Virus record (IMG/VR): IMGVR_UViG_3300008266_010073
Length of the DNA stretch: 54,683 bases
Reading direction: 5' to 3' (one strand)
Source: an uncultured virus (IMG/VR IMGVR_UViG_3300008266_010073)
Lineage: Duplodnaviria > Heunggongvirae > Uroviricota > Caudoviricetes
The notes beneath the pieces are model-generated. The model did not search any database. It was not told the DNA's origin and saw nothing but the letters and a program-made list of their open reading frames with translations. The position numbers and the translations under genes were made by a program. Shown here one piece after another: positions 8,871 through 19,027 of this stretch; within the stretch, counting starts at the first letter, position 1, and every line of letters begins with the position of its first letter.

Positions 8871-9797
8871 ATGTACGGAAACACAGAAAATACACTCTGG
8901 GTAGAATCGTTTCGCCCAGATACATTAGAAGGATATATAGGAAATGAACATATCATTGAAAAAGTTGGCATATTTATTGCTAATGGCGACGTTCCTCACT
9001 TGTTATTTTATGGCACAGCTGGAACTGGGAAGACCACGTTGGCAAAAATCATTGCCTCTAGTGTGGACGCCGATGTTATGTATATAAATGCATCGGATGA
9101 AAACTCGGTGGATGCTGTTAGAGATAAAATTAAAAGATATGCATCTACAGTTGGATTTCGTCGTTGGAAAATCATTATTTTAGATGAAGCAGATTACTTG
9201 ACACCTAATGCTCAAGCCGCACTTCGCAATTTAATGGAGACTTATAGCAAAACAACACGATTCATTTTAACATGTAATTATGTTGAAAAGATTATTGACC
9301 CAATTCAATCTCGTTGTCAGACATTTGCAATAACTCCACCCAATAAAACGGATGTAGCAAAGCGATTAGTGCAAGTACTTGAAGAAAATGAAATACGATA
9401 TGACATCAAAGACGTAGCAGCAATCATTAATGCATCTTATCCAGATATTCGTCGTGCAATTAATGCAGCACAAGCATCCGTAGTTAACGGAGTATTGCAA
9501 TTAGACAAAACAAGTAGCATACAAGCCAATTACATGACGGAAATTTTGGATGTTCTGCGTAATAGCAAAGATAAAAAGGCAGCATTTACTAAAATTCGTC
9601 AAATTATTGCGGATAGCAAAGTGCGAGATTTTACGCCATTGTATACATTTCTATATGATAACTTAGATGAATTTGCTCACGGCCATATTGCACCGGTAAT
9701 ATTGATTATTGCAGAGTCGCAATTTAAAGATGCTAGTGTAGTAGACAAAGAAATCAATGCAATGGCAATGTTTGTAAATATTTTAGGAGAAATATGA
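8871..9797 (+). CDS. clamp loader AAA+ subunit (gp44/RFC-like)
   Basis: WVESFRP, GTAGTGKTT, NASDE, ILDEAD, AQAALR, SRC. Confidence 0.93.
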   Translation: MYGNTENTLWVESFRPDTLEGYIGNEHIIEKVGIFIANGDVPHLLFYGTAGTGKTTLAKIIASSVDADVMYINASDENSVDAVRDKIKRYASTVGFRRWKIIILDEADYLTPNAQAALRNLMETYSKTTRFILTCNYVEKIIDPIQSRCQTFAITPPNKTDVAKRLVQVLEENEIRYDIKDVAAIINASYPDIRRAINAAQASVVNGVLQLDKTSSIQANYMTEILDVLRNSKDKKAAFTKIRQIIADSKVRDFTPLYTFLYDNLDEFAHGHIAPVILIIAESQFKDASVVDKEINAMAMFVNILGEI

Positions 9798-10015
9798 GTA
9801 ATAAATTAAATGTAAATATCGGTCCTAATGATATGCAACCGATACAATGCAAAGAATGTGACGGATTGTATTTTCGTCAGGTAATGGCAATTAACAAAGT
9901 GTCAAAGTTTCTAACAGGCGGAGACAAAGATACAATGGTACCAGTACCGGTATTTAGATGCGATGATTGTGGTGCTATTCCGGAAGAGTTTCAACCAATT
10001 AAATTGAAAAAATAA
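9794..10015 (+). CDS. small Zn-ribbon protein
   Basis: CKEC...CDDCG. Confidence 0.65.
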   Translation: MSNKLNVNIGPNDMQPIQCKECDGLYFRQVMAINKVSKFLTGGDKDTMVPVPVFRCDDCGAIPEEFQPIKLKK

Positions 10016-10227
10016 TGTCGGTGCCATATCATAAAGCTGATGTAACATTAGTTTTCAAAACATCAGCTCGTAGCAATGCAAAAATAAAAATGAAAACATT
10101 GAGAAACAAAAGCATTGATGATGTGTTAGAACGTAAAATACCAGGCATACCAGATGCAGCAGTTATTTTAGAAATTGGTATGGGTGAATTATTTGAAGAA
10201 AAATACAAGCAGAAATATAAACTATAA
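10015..10227 (+). CDS. hypothetical protein
   Basis: 70-aa ORF with a TAATG overlap. Confidence 0.6.
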   Translation: MSVPYHKADVTLVFKTSARSNAKIKMKTLRNKSIDDVLERKIPGIPDAAVILEIGMGELFEEKYKQKYKL

Positions 10228-10229
10228 AC

Positions 10230-10682
10230 ATGGCAGAAGAAAAAAAGGGTGCAACAATTTTTGATTTTATTGATGGAGTCACACACAAAAAGAAAGAATG
10301 GCGTAAATGGTCTGAAACAGATCAGGCAAAGTTTTCTCCATTTATTGTGAATCGATGGCTATCAATGCGGCAGGATCTGATAGAACTTGTTAATGAGTTA
10401 CAAACATATACAATAGGATTGTTACGACCTAGAGAAACATATCGCCTTTATCATGAAATACTACCAACAAGCAAAGGTTTTGCAAAGTATGTTAAAGGTA
10501 AAAAAGACGATAAATATTCAGACAAATTGATTGATCAGATTGCAGAACATTATCAAGTAAGCAAATCCGAAGCAATCGACTACGCCGAATTATTAAATCA
10601 AGAACAATGCACCCGTCTTCTGTCATTATACGGTTATGCTGAACGTGAAATAAAAACAATGATCAAAGGAGTTAAGAAATGA
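10230..10682 (+). CDS. clamp loader small subunit (gp62-like)
   Basis: FSPFIVNRWLS...VNELQ...YQVS..EA pattern; position after the large subunit. Confidence 0.7.
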   Translation: MAEEKKGATIFDFIDGVTHKKKEWRKWSETDQAKFSPFIVNRWLSMRQDLIELVNELQTYTIGLLRPRETYRLYHEILPTSKGFAKYVKGKKDDKYSDKLIDQIAEHYQVSKSEAIDYAELLNQEQCTRLLSLYGYAEREIKTMIKGVKK

Positions 10683-10894
10683 GCGTAAACACACAATCAC
10701 ACTACAGAGGTAAAGATAGCTTGTATAAATTTGCAGAAGAGTGGTCACTTAATAGCTATGAATTTGATATCATTAAACGCATTGTAAGATGCCGACATAA
10801 AGGTACATTTGAACAAGATCTTAACAAAACAAAAGATTTAATTGATATTTATCTGCAAGAACAACGGCAACATTATTTGGATCTTACAAAATAA
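10679..10894 (+). CDS. DUF3310/SaV-like protein
   Basis: SHY.G...IKRIVRCRHKG..QDL.K...Y. Confidence 0.6.
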   Translation: MSVNTQSHYRGKDSLYKFAEEWSLNSYEFDIIKRIVRCRHKGTFEQDLNKTKDLIDIYLQEQRQHYLDLTK

Positions 10895-10905
10895 TTTCAT
10901 ATATT
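10877..10905 (+). promoter_or_regulatory. putative promoter TTGG-N19-TATATT
   Basis: Recurrent spaced motif just before ATG10912. Confidence 0.6.
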
Positions 10906-10911
10906 ATATGT

Positions 10912-11880
10912 ATGAAATCTGGAAACTATATTAATCCTATCTATACGTTATCATTACGTGATGCTACATCAGTTCCTCGTAAGATATCTTATTCACAATG
11001 GTCCATGTTTGAACGTTGTCCGTTGTCATGGAAACTTGCATATATTGATGGATTAGCTCCATTTCAATCTAGCATAGAAACTTGCTTTGGTACGGCTTTT
11101 CACGAAACATTGCAACATTATTTAACCGTAATGTATACAGATTCAGTTAAACGTGCAGATGCATTGGATTTCCGTAGCATTCTAACAAACAAGCTTCGAG
11201 AAGAATACAAACGACGTGTTGATGAATCTAACGGAGAACATTTTTCCAATCCGTTGCAAATGGCAGAATATTTAGAAGATGGTGTTGCTATATTAGATTG
11301 GTTCAAGAAACGTCGCAAACAATACTTCTCGACAAAGGATTGGGAATTGGTTGGAATTGAATTAGAACTTTGCGAACCGGCATCAGAGACAAATTCTTCG
11401 GTATATTGGTACGGCTTTATTGATTTAGTTTTGCGTCATGTACCTACCAATACAATTCATATATACGATATCAAAACAAGCCGAAGTGGTTGGAATAAAT
11501 ATCAAAAGTCAGATTCTTTGAAAATGGCACAACTAGTTGCCTATAAGAATTATTTTTCACGTCAGTTTGGCGTCCCTAAAGAAAACATTGTAGTTGAGTT
11601 TTTCATAGTTAAACGCAAACTTGTTGAAGAATCAATGTTTCCTCAGAAACGCATCCAATTGTTACGACCTGCAGCAGGCACAGTAACTCAACGCAAAGTA
11701 CAAAAACATATTGACAATTTTATTGATCATTGCTTTGATGCAGACGGCAACAAGTTAGCAGATAGACAATATGAAGCTGTTGCTGGCAAAGGTGATAAGA
11801 ATTGCAAGTATTGTCCATTTAAAACTGATTATGTAAATTGTCCCCGAGAAAATAGGATTCGTACGGATAAATCATTATAA
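10912..11880 (+). CDS. PD-(D/E)XK nuclease, Cas4/RecB-like
   Basis: ISYSQ...CP, GTAFH, GFID, DIKT, QL..Y, C-terminal CKYCP...C. Confidence 0.85.
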   Translation: MKSGNYINPIYTLSLRDATSVPRKISYSQWSMFERCPLSWKLAYIDGLAPFQSSIETCFGTAFHETLQHYLTVMYTDSVKRADALDFRSILTNKLREEYKRRVDESNGEHFSNPLQMAEYLEDGVAILDWFKKRRKQYFSTKDWELVGIELELCEPASETNSSVYWYGFIDLVLRHVPTNTIHIYDIKTSRSGWNKYQKSDSLKMAQLVAYKNYFSRQFGVPKENIVVEFFIVKRKLVEESMFPQKRIQLLRPAAGTVTQRKVQKHIDNFIDHCFDADGNKLADRQYEAVAGKGDKNCKYCPFKTDYVNCPRENRIRTDKSL

Positions 11881-11881
11881 T
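11853..11881 (+). promoter_or_regulatory. putative promoter TAGG-N19-TATAAT
   Basis: Variant of the recurrent motif with the same spacing. Confidence 0.5.
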
Positions 11882-11887
11882 AGTAGT

Positions 11888-12103
11888 ATGATAGCATATA
11901 AACATAAACATACTTTTGTATACGGATTTGAAATACAAAAACGTGCTCCATATGTTGGATGGCAGAAGTGTGAATATACATTGCTAACAAATCATGATGA
12001 TCCTAACGGTAAAGAAAATAGAGCCTTGTTAGAAGGTATGCTTCGAATTGCATACGGTCATATGCCAAAAGGTGTCAAATTCTTATACGAGAAAACAATA
12101 TGA
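11888..12103 (+). CDS. hypothetical protein
   Basis: 71-aa ORF with an ATGA overlap to the next gene. Confidence 0.6.
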   Translation: MIAYKHKHTFVYGFEIQKRAPYVGWQKCEYTLLTNHDDPNGKENRALLEGMLRIAYGHMPKGVKFLYEKTI

Positions 12104-12504
12104 CAAAAGTAGCAGTAATTGGAAATACTGGTTGGCAGAATAAACGCAAAGTGCAAGAAACTTTGCAAATGTTGAAACGCAAGTTTCCAGAAGAGTTAAC
12201 GGTCATAGGTGCCGGAGGAAATGAAGGTGCTAACAGCATGGTTAGAAAATATGCATTAGAATTTGGTATGCAGTATCGAGAATTCAATCCGTCATTTTCT
12301 GGATATAATTTATACTCAGCAATGCCAGAAACATATTACGGCAAACCATATCATTTCAGCCAACTTCATCATCGCATGAAACTCATTGCACAGCATTGCG
12401 ATTACATGATGATTATGACCAATGAAACTGCATTAGATCCAGTTTTAAAGACAGCATACAATACCGTAAAGAAACTAGAAAAACCGGTAGTAATATTAGG
12501 TTAA
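12100..12504 (+). CDS. SLOG/YspA-like protein
   Basis: KVAVIG...IGAGG.EGA..MVRKYA...KPVVI. Confidence 0.6.
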   Translation: MTKVAVIGNTGWQNKRKVQETLQMLKRKFPEELTVIGAGGNEGANSMVRKYALEFGMQYREFNPSFSGYNLYSAMPETYYGKPYHFSQLHHRMKLIAQHCDYMMIMTNETALDPVLKTAYNTVKKLEKPVVILG

Positions 12505-12506
12505 TC

Positions 12507-12514
12507 ATATTTAT
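12507..12514 (+). promoter_or_regulatory. ATATTTAT motif (putative late promoter) heading the glycan cluster
   Basis: Same octamer found at 8 intergenic sites. Confidence 0.55.
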
Positions 12515-12537
12515 AATAAAGTTATAAGGAATAATAA

Positions 12538-14031
12538 ATGGAGTTACCAAAATTAAGAAAAATTGATCCTAACCGTCCTGCAAAAAAGAAAATTCTATTA
12601 TTAGCAGATGATTTCCGTCTTCCATCTGGAATTGGAACAGTTAGCAAAGAAATTATTTTAAACACCGTTAAGGAATTTGATTGGGTGCAATTAGGTGCAG
12701 CAATCAATCATCCAGATGCCGGCAAAGCATTTGATTTGTCTCAAGAAATTGCTCGAGAAACTGGCATACAAGATGCGTCAGTTAAATTGATTCCATGGAA
12801 TGGATATGGAGACAGAAACATCTTGTTTGCAATTTTGAATCAAGAACGTCCCGATGCAATTCTTCACTTTACAGATCCTCGTTACTGGACTTGGTTGTAT
12901 CAACTAGAACATGAAATTAAAACAACGTTTGGTGTTCCAATTACGTATTATTCTATTTGGGATGATTTGCCGTATCCAATGTGGAACGCCCCTTTTTACG
13001 GCAGTTGTGATATGATTATGGGCATTAGTAAGCAATCTGATAATATTCACAGAGAAGTGCTTAAACAGAACGGATTTGGGGTTGTAGATTATGATGATGG
13101 AGATTCAGCTCCTGCAGATCTTAAATGGAATCAAGTAGTTACCGGATTTGTGCCGCACGGATTGAATCACAACATGTTTAAGCCGTTACCAAAAACCGAT
13201 GAAACATACAAGCAAATGTATGAACGCATTAAAACACGTAACGGCGTAGATTTTGTAGTATTTTGGAACAATCGAAATATTAGAAGGAAGCAACCAGGTG
13301 ATTTAGTTATTGCATTCAAACATTTTGTAGATCAGTTACCAGCAGAACAACAGAGTCGTGTTGCATTATTAATGCATACTCAAGCAATTGATGAAAATGG
13401 AACGGATCTTCGTGCAGTAGCAAAGGCATTAGCACCAAATTGTAAAATATTGTTTTCAGAACAAAAATTATCTTCACAAGATCTTAATGCAATGTACAAT
13501 GTAGCTGATGTTGTAGTTAATATTGGTAGCAACGAAGGATGGGGATTAAGTTCAACCGAAGCGATGCTATCAGGTACTCCAATAATTAACAATGTAACTG
13601 GTGGATTGCAAGATCAATGTGGTTTTCAAGATGAAAATGGAGAATGGATTCGTTTCAATGGTGAATTTGCAACAAATCATACCGGTAAGTTTAAGAAACA
13701 TGGAAGTTGGGCAAAACCAGTATTTCCAACCAATAGATCATTACAAGGATCACCAGCAACACCATATATCTTTGATGATCGAGTAAGTTTTGAAGATGTA
13801 GCCGATGCAATTCGTTATTGGTATGATATGGATCCTGAAGTGAGAGAGTCATCTGGAATTTGCGGAAGAGTATGGTGCATGCAATACGGATTGACTGCAG
13901 AATCGATGGGTAACAAAATGATTGAAATGTTTAACTATTTATTTTCAATTAAAAAAGAATCAAGACCATCATACACATTGCATCGAGTAGAAGAACGAGT
14001 TTATGAACGAACAGGAATAGTAGCACAATGA
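12538..14031 (+). CDS. GT4-like glycosyltransferase
   Basis: SGIG, NRNIRRKQP, EGWGLSSTEA, GTPII. Confidence 0.9.
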   Translation: MELPKLRKIDPNRPAKKKILLLADDFRLPSGIGTVSKEIILNTVKEFDWVQLGAAINHPDAGKAFDLSQEIARETGIQDASVKLIPWNGYGDRNILFAILNQERPDAILHFTDPRYWTWLYQLEHEIKTTFGVPITYYSIWDDLPYPMWNAPFYGSCDMIMGISKQSDNIHREVLKQNGFGVVDYDDGDSAPADLKWNQVVTGFVPHGLNHNMFKPLPKTDETYKQMYERIKTRNGVDFVVFWNNRNIRRKQPGDLVIAFKHFVDQLPAEQQSRVALLMHTQAIDENGTDLRAVAKALAPNCKILFSEQKLSSQDLNAMYNVADVVVNIGSNEGWGLSSTEAMLSGTPIINNVTGGLQDQCGFQDENGEWIRFNGEFATNHTGKFKKHGSWAKPVFPTNRSLQGSPATPYIFDDRVSFEDVADAIRYWYDMDPEVRESSGICGRVWCMQYGLTAESMGNKMIEMFNYLFSIKKESRPSYTLHRVEERVYERTGIVAQ

Positions 14032-15311
14032 GAAAAATAGTTATAGCAAGTCCCGTAGCAACACAAAGCGGTTACGGGCATCATGCACGAGAAGTAATTA
14101 GCAATATTATAGAACAACGAGGAGATTCATGGGATGTTAAATTAGTTTCATTGCCGTGGGGCGGAACTCCAATGACATATCCGTTATCTCCGGAATGGAT
14201 GCGAAGAATTATTCCGTTACCATTAACAGAACAACCAGATGTTTGGGTGCAAATATCAGTTCCTAATGAATTGCAACCGGTTGGCAAATATAATATAGGA
14301 GTGACTGCAGGAACAGAAGGCGATGTATGTCCTAAAGAATGGATTGAAAATTTAAATAAAATGCAATTGGTAATAGTTCCTAGTAACTTTACTAAAGAAG
14401 TATTTGAAAATACCGCAAAACAACAAAATTTACCACTAACAACACGAATAGAAGTTGTACCAGAATATTTCAATGAAGTTGTATATAACAACAAAGCAGA
14501 TATTCCGTTTCCGCTGCTAGATGAAATTAAAGAATCTTGGGCATTCTTATCGGTAGGACATTGGTTGCAAGGATCATTAGGTGAAGACCGAAAGAATCTT
14601 TCTGGATTAGTACACTGCTTCTTTGATACATTTAAAAACACTAAAGATCAACCAGCTCTCATATTAAAAACAAGTGGTGCTACGTATAGCATCATGGATA
14701 GAATGGAAATTGAATCACGTATTTTGCAGATTCGAGAAAACTTTGGATCGGCTAAACTTCCCAATGTGTATCTTGTGCATGGAGAATTAGCAGATTTTGA
14801 AATGAATGCCATGTACAATCATCCTAAAGTTAAAGCCATGATATCATTTACTAAAGCAGAAGGATTTGGTAGACCATTATTAGAATTCTCAACTACAGGT
14901 AAACCAATTATAGCTCCACATTATTCTGGACAAGCCGACTTTTTAAAGAAAGATTTTATTTGTGCATTGCCAGGAGGATTGACTCCAATTCATGCATCTG
15001 CACAGAATCCATTTTTAATTAAAGAAGCTAAATGGTTTACTCCAGATTATAAATATGCTGGAAAGATGATGCAAGAAGTTCGCAAAAATTATAAAAAATG
15101 GATGGATTTAGCAAAACGTCAACGATATTTTGTTAATAGCACATTTACAAAAACTGCAATTGCAGAAACATATAAACAAGTATTAGAACATGTTGATTCA
15201 TCATTGCAATCAGTTCCACAACAAATTCAACTTCAACTTCCTAAACTGAAACGGGTCGAAACTGAAGCTCCAAAGATTACATTGCCAAAATTAAAAAAGA
15301 TTGAAGCATGA
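14028..15311 (+). CDS. GT4-like glycosyltransferase
   Basis: SGYG, DRKN, EGFGRPLLE, GKPII. Confidence 0.9.
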   Translation: MRKIVIASPVATQSGYGHHAREVISNIIEQRGDSWDVKLVSLPWGGTPMTYPLSPEWMRRIIPLPLTEQPDVWVQISVPNELQPVGKYNIGVTAGTEGDVCPKEWIENLNKMQLVIVPSNFTKEVFENTAKQQNLPLTTRIEVVPEYFNEVVYNNKADIPFPLLDEIKESWAFLSVGHWLQGSLGEDRKNLSGLVHCFFDTFKNTKDQPALILKTSGATYSIMDRMEIESRILQIRENFGSAKLPNVYLVHGELADFEMNAMYNHPKVKAMISFTKAEGFGRPLLEFSTTGKPIIAPHYSGQADFLKKDFICALPGGLTPIHASAQNPFLIKEAKWFTPDYKYAGKMMQEVRKNYKKWMDLAKRQRYFVNSTFTKTAIAETYKQVLEHVDSSLQSVPQQIQLQLPKLKRVETEAPKITLPKLKKIEA

Positions 15312-15955
15312 AAATAAGTTACGCACTGACGGTATGCAATGAGTTCGTTGAAATACAAAGACTCATTACATTTCTTTTAGAACATAAAAGACCGCAAGAT
15401 GAGATTGTAGTTCAAATGGATTTGAATCTAGATGAATTGAATACGCAAACACAAGATAAACGTGAGGTCTTTGGATATATTATGAAACATAATGAGCAAG
15501 GCAACGTACGAGTTATATTTTATCCACTAAACAATGATTTTGCTGCATTTAAAAATCATTTAACACAACAATGCACCGGTGATTATATTTTTCAAATTGA
15601 CGCTGACGAAATTCCATGCACTCCGATATTAGAATCATTGCCAACAATATTACAAAGCAATCCAGATGTTGATGTGTATTTAGTGCCACGCGTTAATACA
15701 GTTGATGGATTAACTGAGGAACACGCAATGAAATGGAATTGGAATGTAAATTCCGAAGGATGGGTGAATTGGCCGGATTATCAGTGGAGAATATATCGTA
15801 ACGATGGTACAGTTACCTGGAAGAATCGAGTACATGAAGTATTAACAGGATTCAAGCAATATGCACAGCTACCAATGGAAGAAGATTATTCTTTATATCA
15901 TCCAAAGACAATCGAACGACAAGAAAAACAAAATTCATATTACGAAACGTTATAA
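15308..15955 (+). CDS. GT2 glycosyltransferase
   Basis: KISYALTVCNE, IFQIDADE, PDYQWRIY, VHE. Confidence 0.88.
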   Translation: MKISYALTVCNEFVEIQRLITFLLEHKRPQDEIVVQMDLNLDELNTQTQDKREVFGYIMKHNEQGNVRVIFYPLNNDFAAFKNHLTQQCTGDYIFQIDADEIPCTPILESLPTILQSNPDVDVYLVPRVNTVDGLTEEHAMKWNWNVNSEGWVNWPDYQWRIYRNDGTVTWKNRVHEVLTGFKQYAQLPMEEDYSLYHPKTIERQEKQNSYYETL

Positions 15956-16365
15956 TGGAAAAAATTTATAGTAATATTGATTCAGATATATTATTACATA
16001 TAATAGTACGAAAAGAAGATTTAAGTCCGGGTAGAACTGAAGTAGTTCCAGACAATCAATTTATACAATGTTCTTTGCTCAATATGGAAAAGGGTAAAAC
16101 ATTTGCTCCACATAAACATATATGGAAAGAACGTAATCGTAATATAATTGCTCAGGAAAGTTGGATTGTAATTCATGGAAGTGTAAAATGCATTTTTTAT
16201 GATATCGATGATCAAATTATTGCAACTCCAATATTATATACAGGTGATGCTTCATTTACATTGCAAGGTGGTCATACGTATGAAATTTTAGAAGATAATA
16301 CATTAGTATATGAATATAAAACAGGACCATATGAAGGTCAACAATTAGATAAAACATTTATATGA
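15955..16365 (+). CDS. cupin-fold protein (WbuC-like)
   Basis: PHKH...QE...GH...EYKTGPY...DK. Confidence 0.7.
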   Translation: MEKIYSNIDSDILLHIIVRKEDLSPGRTEVVPDNQFIQCSLLNMEKGKTFAPHKHIWKERNRNIIAQESWIVIHGSVKCIFYDIDDQIIATPILYTGDASFTLQGGHTYEILEDNTLVYEYKTGPYEGQQLDKTFI

Positions 16366-16943
16366 AAAAAATTTTTATAGATTTAGGATTTAACAAAGGA
16401 CAATCAGTTAAATTTTTTTATGATTTAATACCAGATTCGGCTGAATATGAGATTCATGCATTTGAACCAGATCCAAGTAATTTTAAATCATTTAAAAATT
16501 TTAATGGTGTTAATTTTTATAAAAAAGCTGCTTGGATTCGCGATGGCGTTGTAAAATTTTATTTAGGTAGTGAATCATTTGCTAGTACCATCAATTCATC
16601 TAAAATTACCAATATTAAACAAGATCGATTTATCGAAACGGAGTGTTTAGATGTATGTAAATTTATTACAGATAATTTTGATAAGGATGATTATATTATT
16701 TTAAAAATTGATATAGAAGGTGCTGAATATGAATTATTAAACCATATGTTATCTAACAATTGTTTAGAATATATTAATGATTTATTTGTAGAATTTCATT
16801 TAGGTAAAATAACTAATATAACGAGTGATCAACATAATGATCTAATAAATAAATTACAATCATTGGGATTTGCTTATGCCGATGTTGCTTGGGAAAAAGA
16901 AAATATAAAATTAAATTTAATTACATTATATGCAAACGATTAA
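16362..16943 (+). CDS. FkbM-family methyltransferase
   Basis: IDLGFNKG, AFEP, LKIDIEGAE, VEFH. Confidence 0.85.
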   Translation: MKKIFIDLGFNKGQSVKFFYDLIPDSAEYEIHAFEPDPSNFKSFKNFNGVNFYKKAAWIRDGVVKFYLGSESFASTINSSKITNIKQDRFIETECLDVCKFITDNFDKDDYIILKIDIEGAEYELLNHMLSNNCLEYINDLFVEFHLGKITNITSDQHNDLINKLQSLGFAYADVAWEKENIKLNLITLYAND

Positions 16944-17472
16944 ATTACATTTAGGCTGCGGATGGCGCGACTTCGGTTCAGATTGGATTCATATTGACGG
17001 CGGAGATTATTCACATTTACAATTTAATGATATAACAAAATTACCATTTAATGATGGAATTGTTGATGTTATTTACGCATCACATGTTATAGAATATTTT
17101 GATAGAACAGAAATAAAAACGGTATTGCAAGAATGGTATCGCGTTTTACGTCCCAGCGGAACATTAAGATTAGCAGTTCCAGATTTCTTAAAATTAATGT
17201 GGGTATATCAAGATACGAATGATATAAATAAAATATTAGGACCATTATTCGGTCAAATGCCCATGGGCAATGCAACCATTTACCATAAAACAGTATATGA
17301 TTTTAACTCTTTAAAGGAATTATTAGAATCATTAGGATTTTACAATATAATTCATTATAATTGGAAAAAGACAGATCATGCACAATATGATGATCATTCT
17401 CAAGCATATTATCCACATATGGATAAAGAAAATGGATTATTAATTAGTTTGAATGTGGAGGCAACAAAATGA
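16930..17472 (+). CDS. class I SAM methyltransferase (type 11)
   Basis: LHLGCG, SHVIEY, RVLRPSG.LR..VPD. Confidence 0.85.
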   Translation: MQTIKLHLGCGWRDFGSDWIHIDGGDYSHLQFNDITKLPFNDGIVDVIYASHVIEYFDRTEIKTVLQEWYRVLRPSGTLRLAVPDFLKLMWVYQDTNDINKILGPLFGQMPMGNATIYHKTVYDFNSLKELLESLGFYNIIHYNWKKTDHAQYDDHSQAYYPHMDKENGLLISLNVEATK

Positions 17473-18056
17473 ATTTTAATACCGTAACGGATTTTGAAAA
17501 TAGCATTGCTAAGTTTTTTGGAGCTCCATATGCGATTGCAGTTGATTCTTGTACTCACGGTGTTGAATTATGTCTGCGATATACAAATGCAGATAGTATA
17601 AGTGTTCCAAAAAATACATATTTATCAATTCCATTTTTAGCAAATAAATTATTAATTGATTTGGAATGGCGAACAGAAGATTGGGTTGATTACTATTATT
17701 TAACAGATTCTGTTATTGATGCAGCAGTTTTGTGGTCTGCAGATAGTTACATCCCACGGACATATATGAGTTTATCATTTCAATATCAAAAACATTTAAG
17801 TTTAGGACGCGGTGGAATGATATTAACTGATAACAAAGCTGCAGCTATACAGTTAAAAAAAATGTCATATGATGGTAGACTGCCGAATATTCCATGGCGA
17901 GTACAAAATGTTCAAACATACGGATATCATTACTATATGACACCAGAAACCGCTCAATTGGGTTTAGACAAATTAGATACAGCAATACAAACAAAACCAA
18001 AACAATGGGTTTCAACTGATTGGCCCGATTTAACACAAATGGAAATTTTTAAATGA
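17469..18056 (+). CDS. short DegT/DnrJ/StrS-family aminotransferase-like protein
   Basis: FE...A.F.GA.YAIAVDSCT, IDAA, SFQYQKHL (PLP Lys), GGMILT; only 195 aa. Confidence 0.8.
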   Translation: MNFNTVTDFENSIAKFFGAPYAIAVDSCTHGVELCLRYTNADSISVPKNTYLSIPFLANKLLIDLEWRTEDWVDYYYLTDSVIDAAVLWSADSYIPRTYMSLSFQYQKHLSLGRGGMILTDNKAAAIQLKKMSYDGRLPNIPWRVQNVQTYGYHYYMTPETAQLGLDKLDTAIQTKPKQWVSTDWPDLTQMEIFK

Positions 18057-19027
18057 AAAAAAAAGCGTTTATCACAGGAATCGCCGGACAAGATGGTTCA
18101 TATTTAGCAGAATATTTACATTCAATTGGATATGAAGTCCATGGAATTGTAAGAAGAAATTCTACTCCAGAACATCAAGAATCTAGAATATCACATCTAG
18201 ACGATACAATTTATACATATTACGGCGATTTATTAGATCAAAGTAGCTTAGAACATTTATTAGCAAAAATACAACCAGATGAAATTTATAATCTTGCAGC
18301 TCAAAGCCATGTTCGTATTAGTTTTGACATACCTCAATTTACAATTCAAACAAATGGATTGGGGGTTCTGAATATATTGGAAGCTTATAGAAATGCATGT
18401 CCAATAGCAAAATTTTATCAAGCATCATCATCTGAGATGTTTGGCAGTTCTGTAGACGCCGATGGATTTCAACGAGAAACAACACCAATGACTCCAGTGT
18501 CGCCATATGGATGTAGTAAAGTATTTGCATATAATATTGTACGAAATTATAGAAACGCATATAACTTACATGCATCTAATGGTATTCTATTTAATCATGA
18601 GTCACCTAGACGTGGTTCTAATTTCGTAACAAATAAAGTTGTCAAAGCCGCAGTTTTAATTAGTTTAGGATTGCAAGATAAATTGGAATTAGGTAATATG
18701 GATGCTTATCGTGATTGGGGACATTCTTACGATTATGTAAGAGCAATGCATCTCATTCTACAACAAGATAAACCAGGTGATTGGGTTGTTGCGACTGAGG
18801 AAACTAGATCGGTACGAGATATGTGTGAGTATGTGTTTGGTAAGTTGAGATTAGATTATAGAGATTATGTGATACAGAATCAAAAGTTTTTACGTCCAGA
18901 AGAGTTACCGTATCTCAAAGGAGATTGTACAAAAATTAAAACAGAATTAGGTTGGACTCCGACATATACATTTGAAAAAATGATGGATGAAATGATCGAA
19001 TTTTGGCAAAAGGTGTATAACAAATGA
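18053..19027 (+). CDS. gmd: GDP-mannose 4,6-dehydratase
   Basis: ITGIAGQDGSYLAE, NLAAQSHV, YQASSSE, SPYGCSK, NHESPRRG, RDWGH. Confidence 0.96.
   Translation: MKKKAFITGIAGQDGSYLAEYLHSIGYEVHGIVRRNSTPEHQESRISHLDDTIYTYYGDLLDQSSLEHLLAKIQPDEIYNLAAQSHVRISFDIPQFTIQTNGLGVLNILEAYRNACPIAKFYQASSSEMFGSSVDADGFQRETTPMTPVSPYGCSKVFAYNIVRNYRNAYNLHASNGILFNHESPRRGSNFVTNKVVKAAVLISLGLQDKLELGNMDAYRDWGHSYDYVRAMHLILQQDKPGDWVVATEETRSVRDMCEYVFGKLRLDYRDYVIQNQKFLRPEELPYLKGDCTKIKTELGWTPTYTFEKMMDEMIEFWQKVYNK

Noticed and set aside
10912..11880. CRISPR-Cas system suggested by the Cas4-like nuclease
   Set aside because: No repeat-spacer array and no other cas genes are visible in the window.
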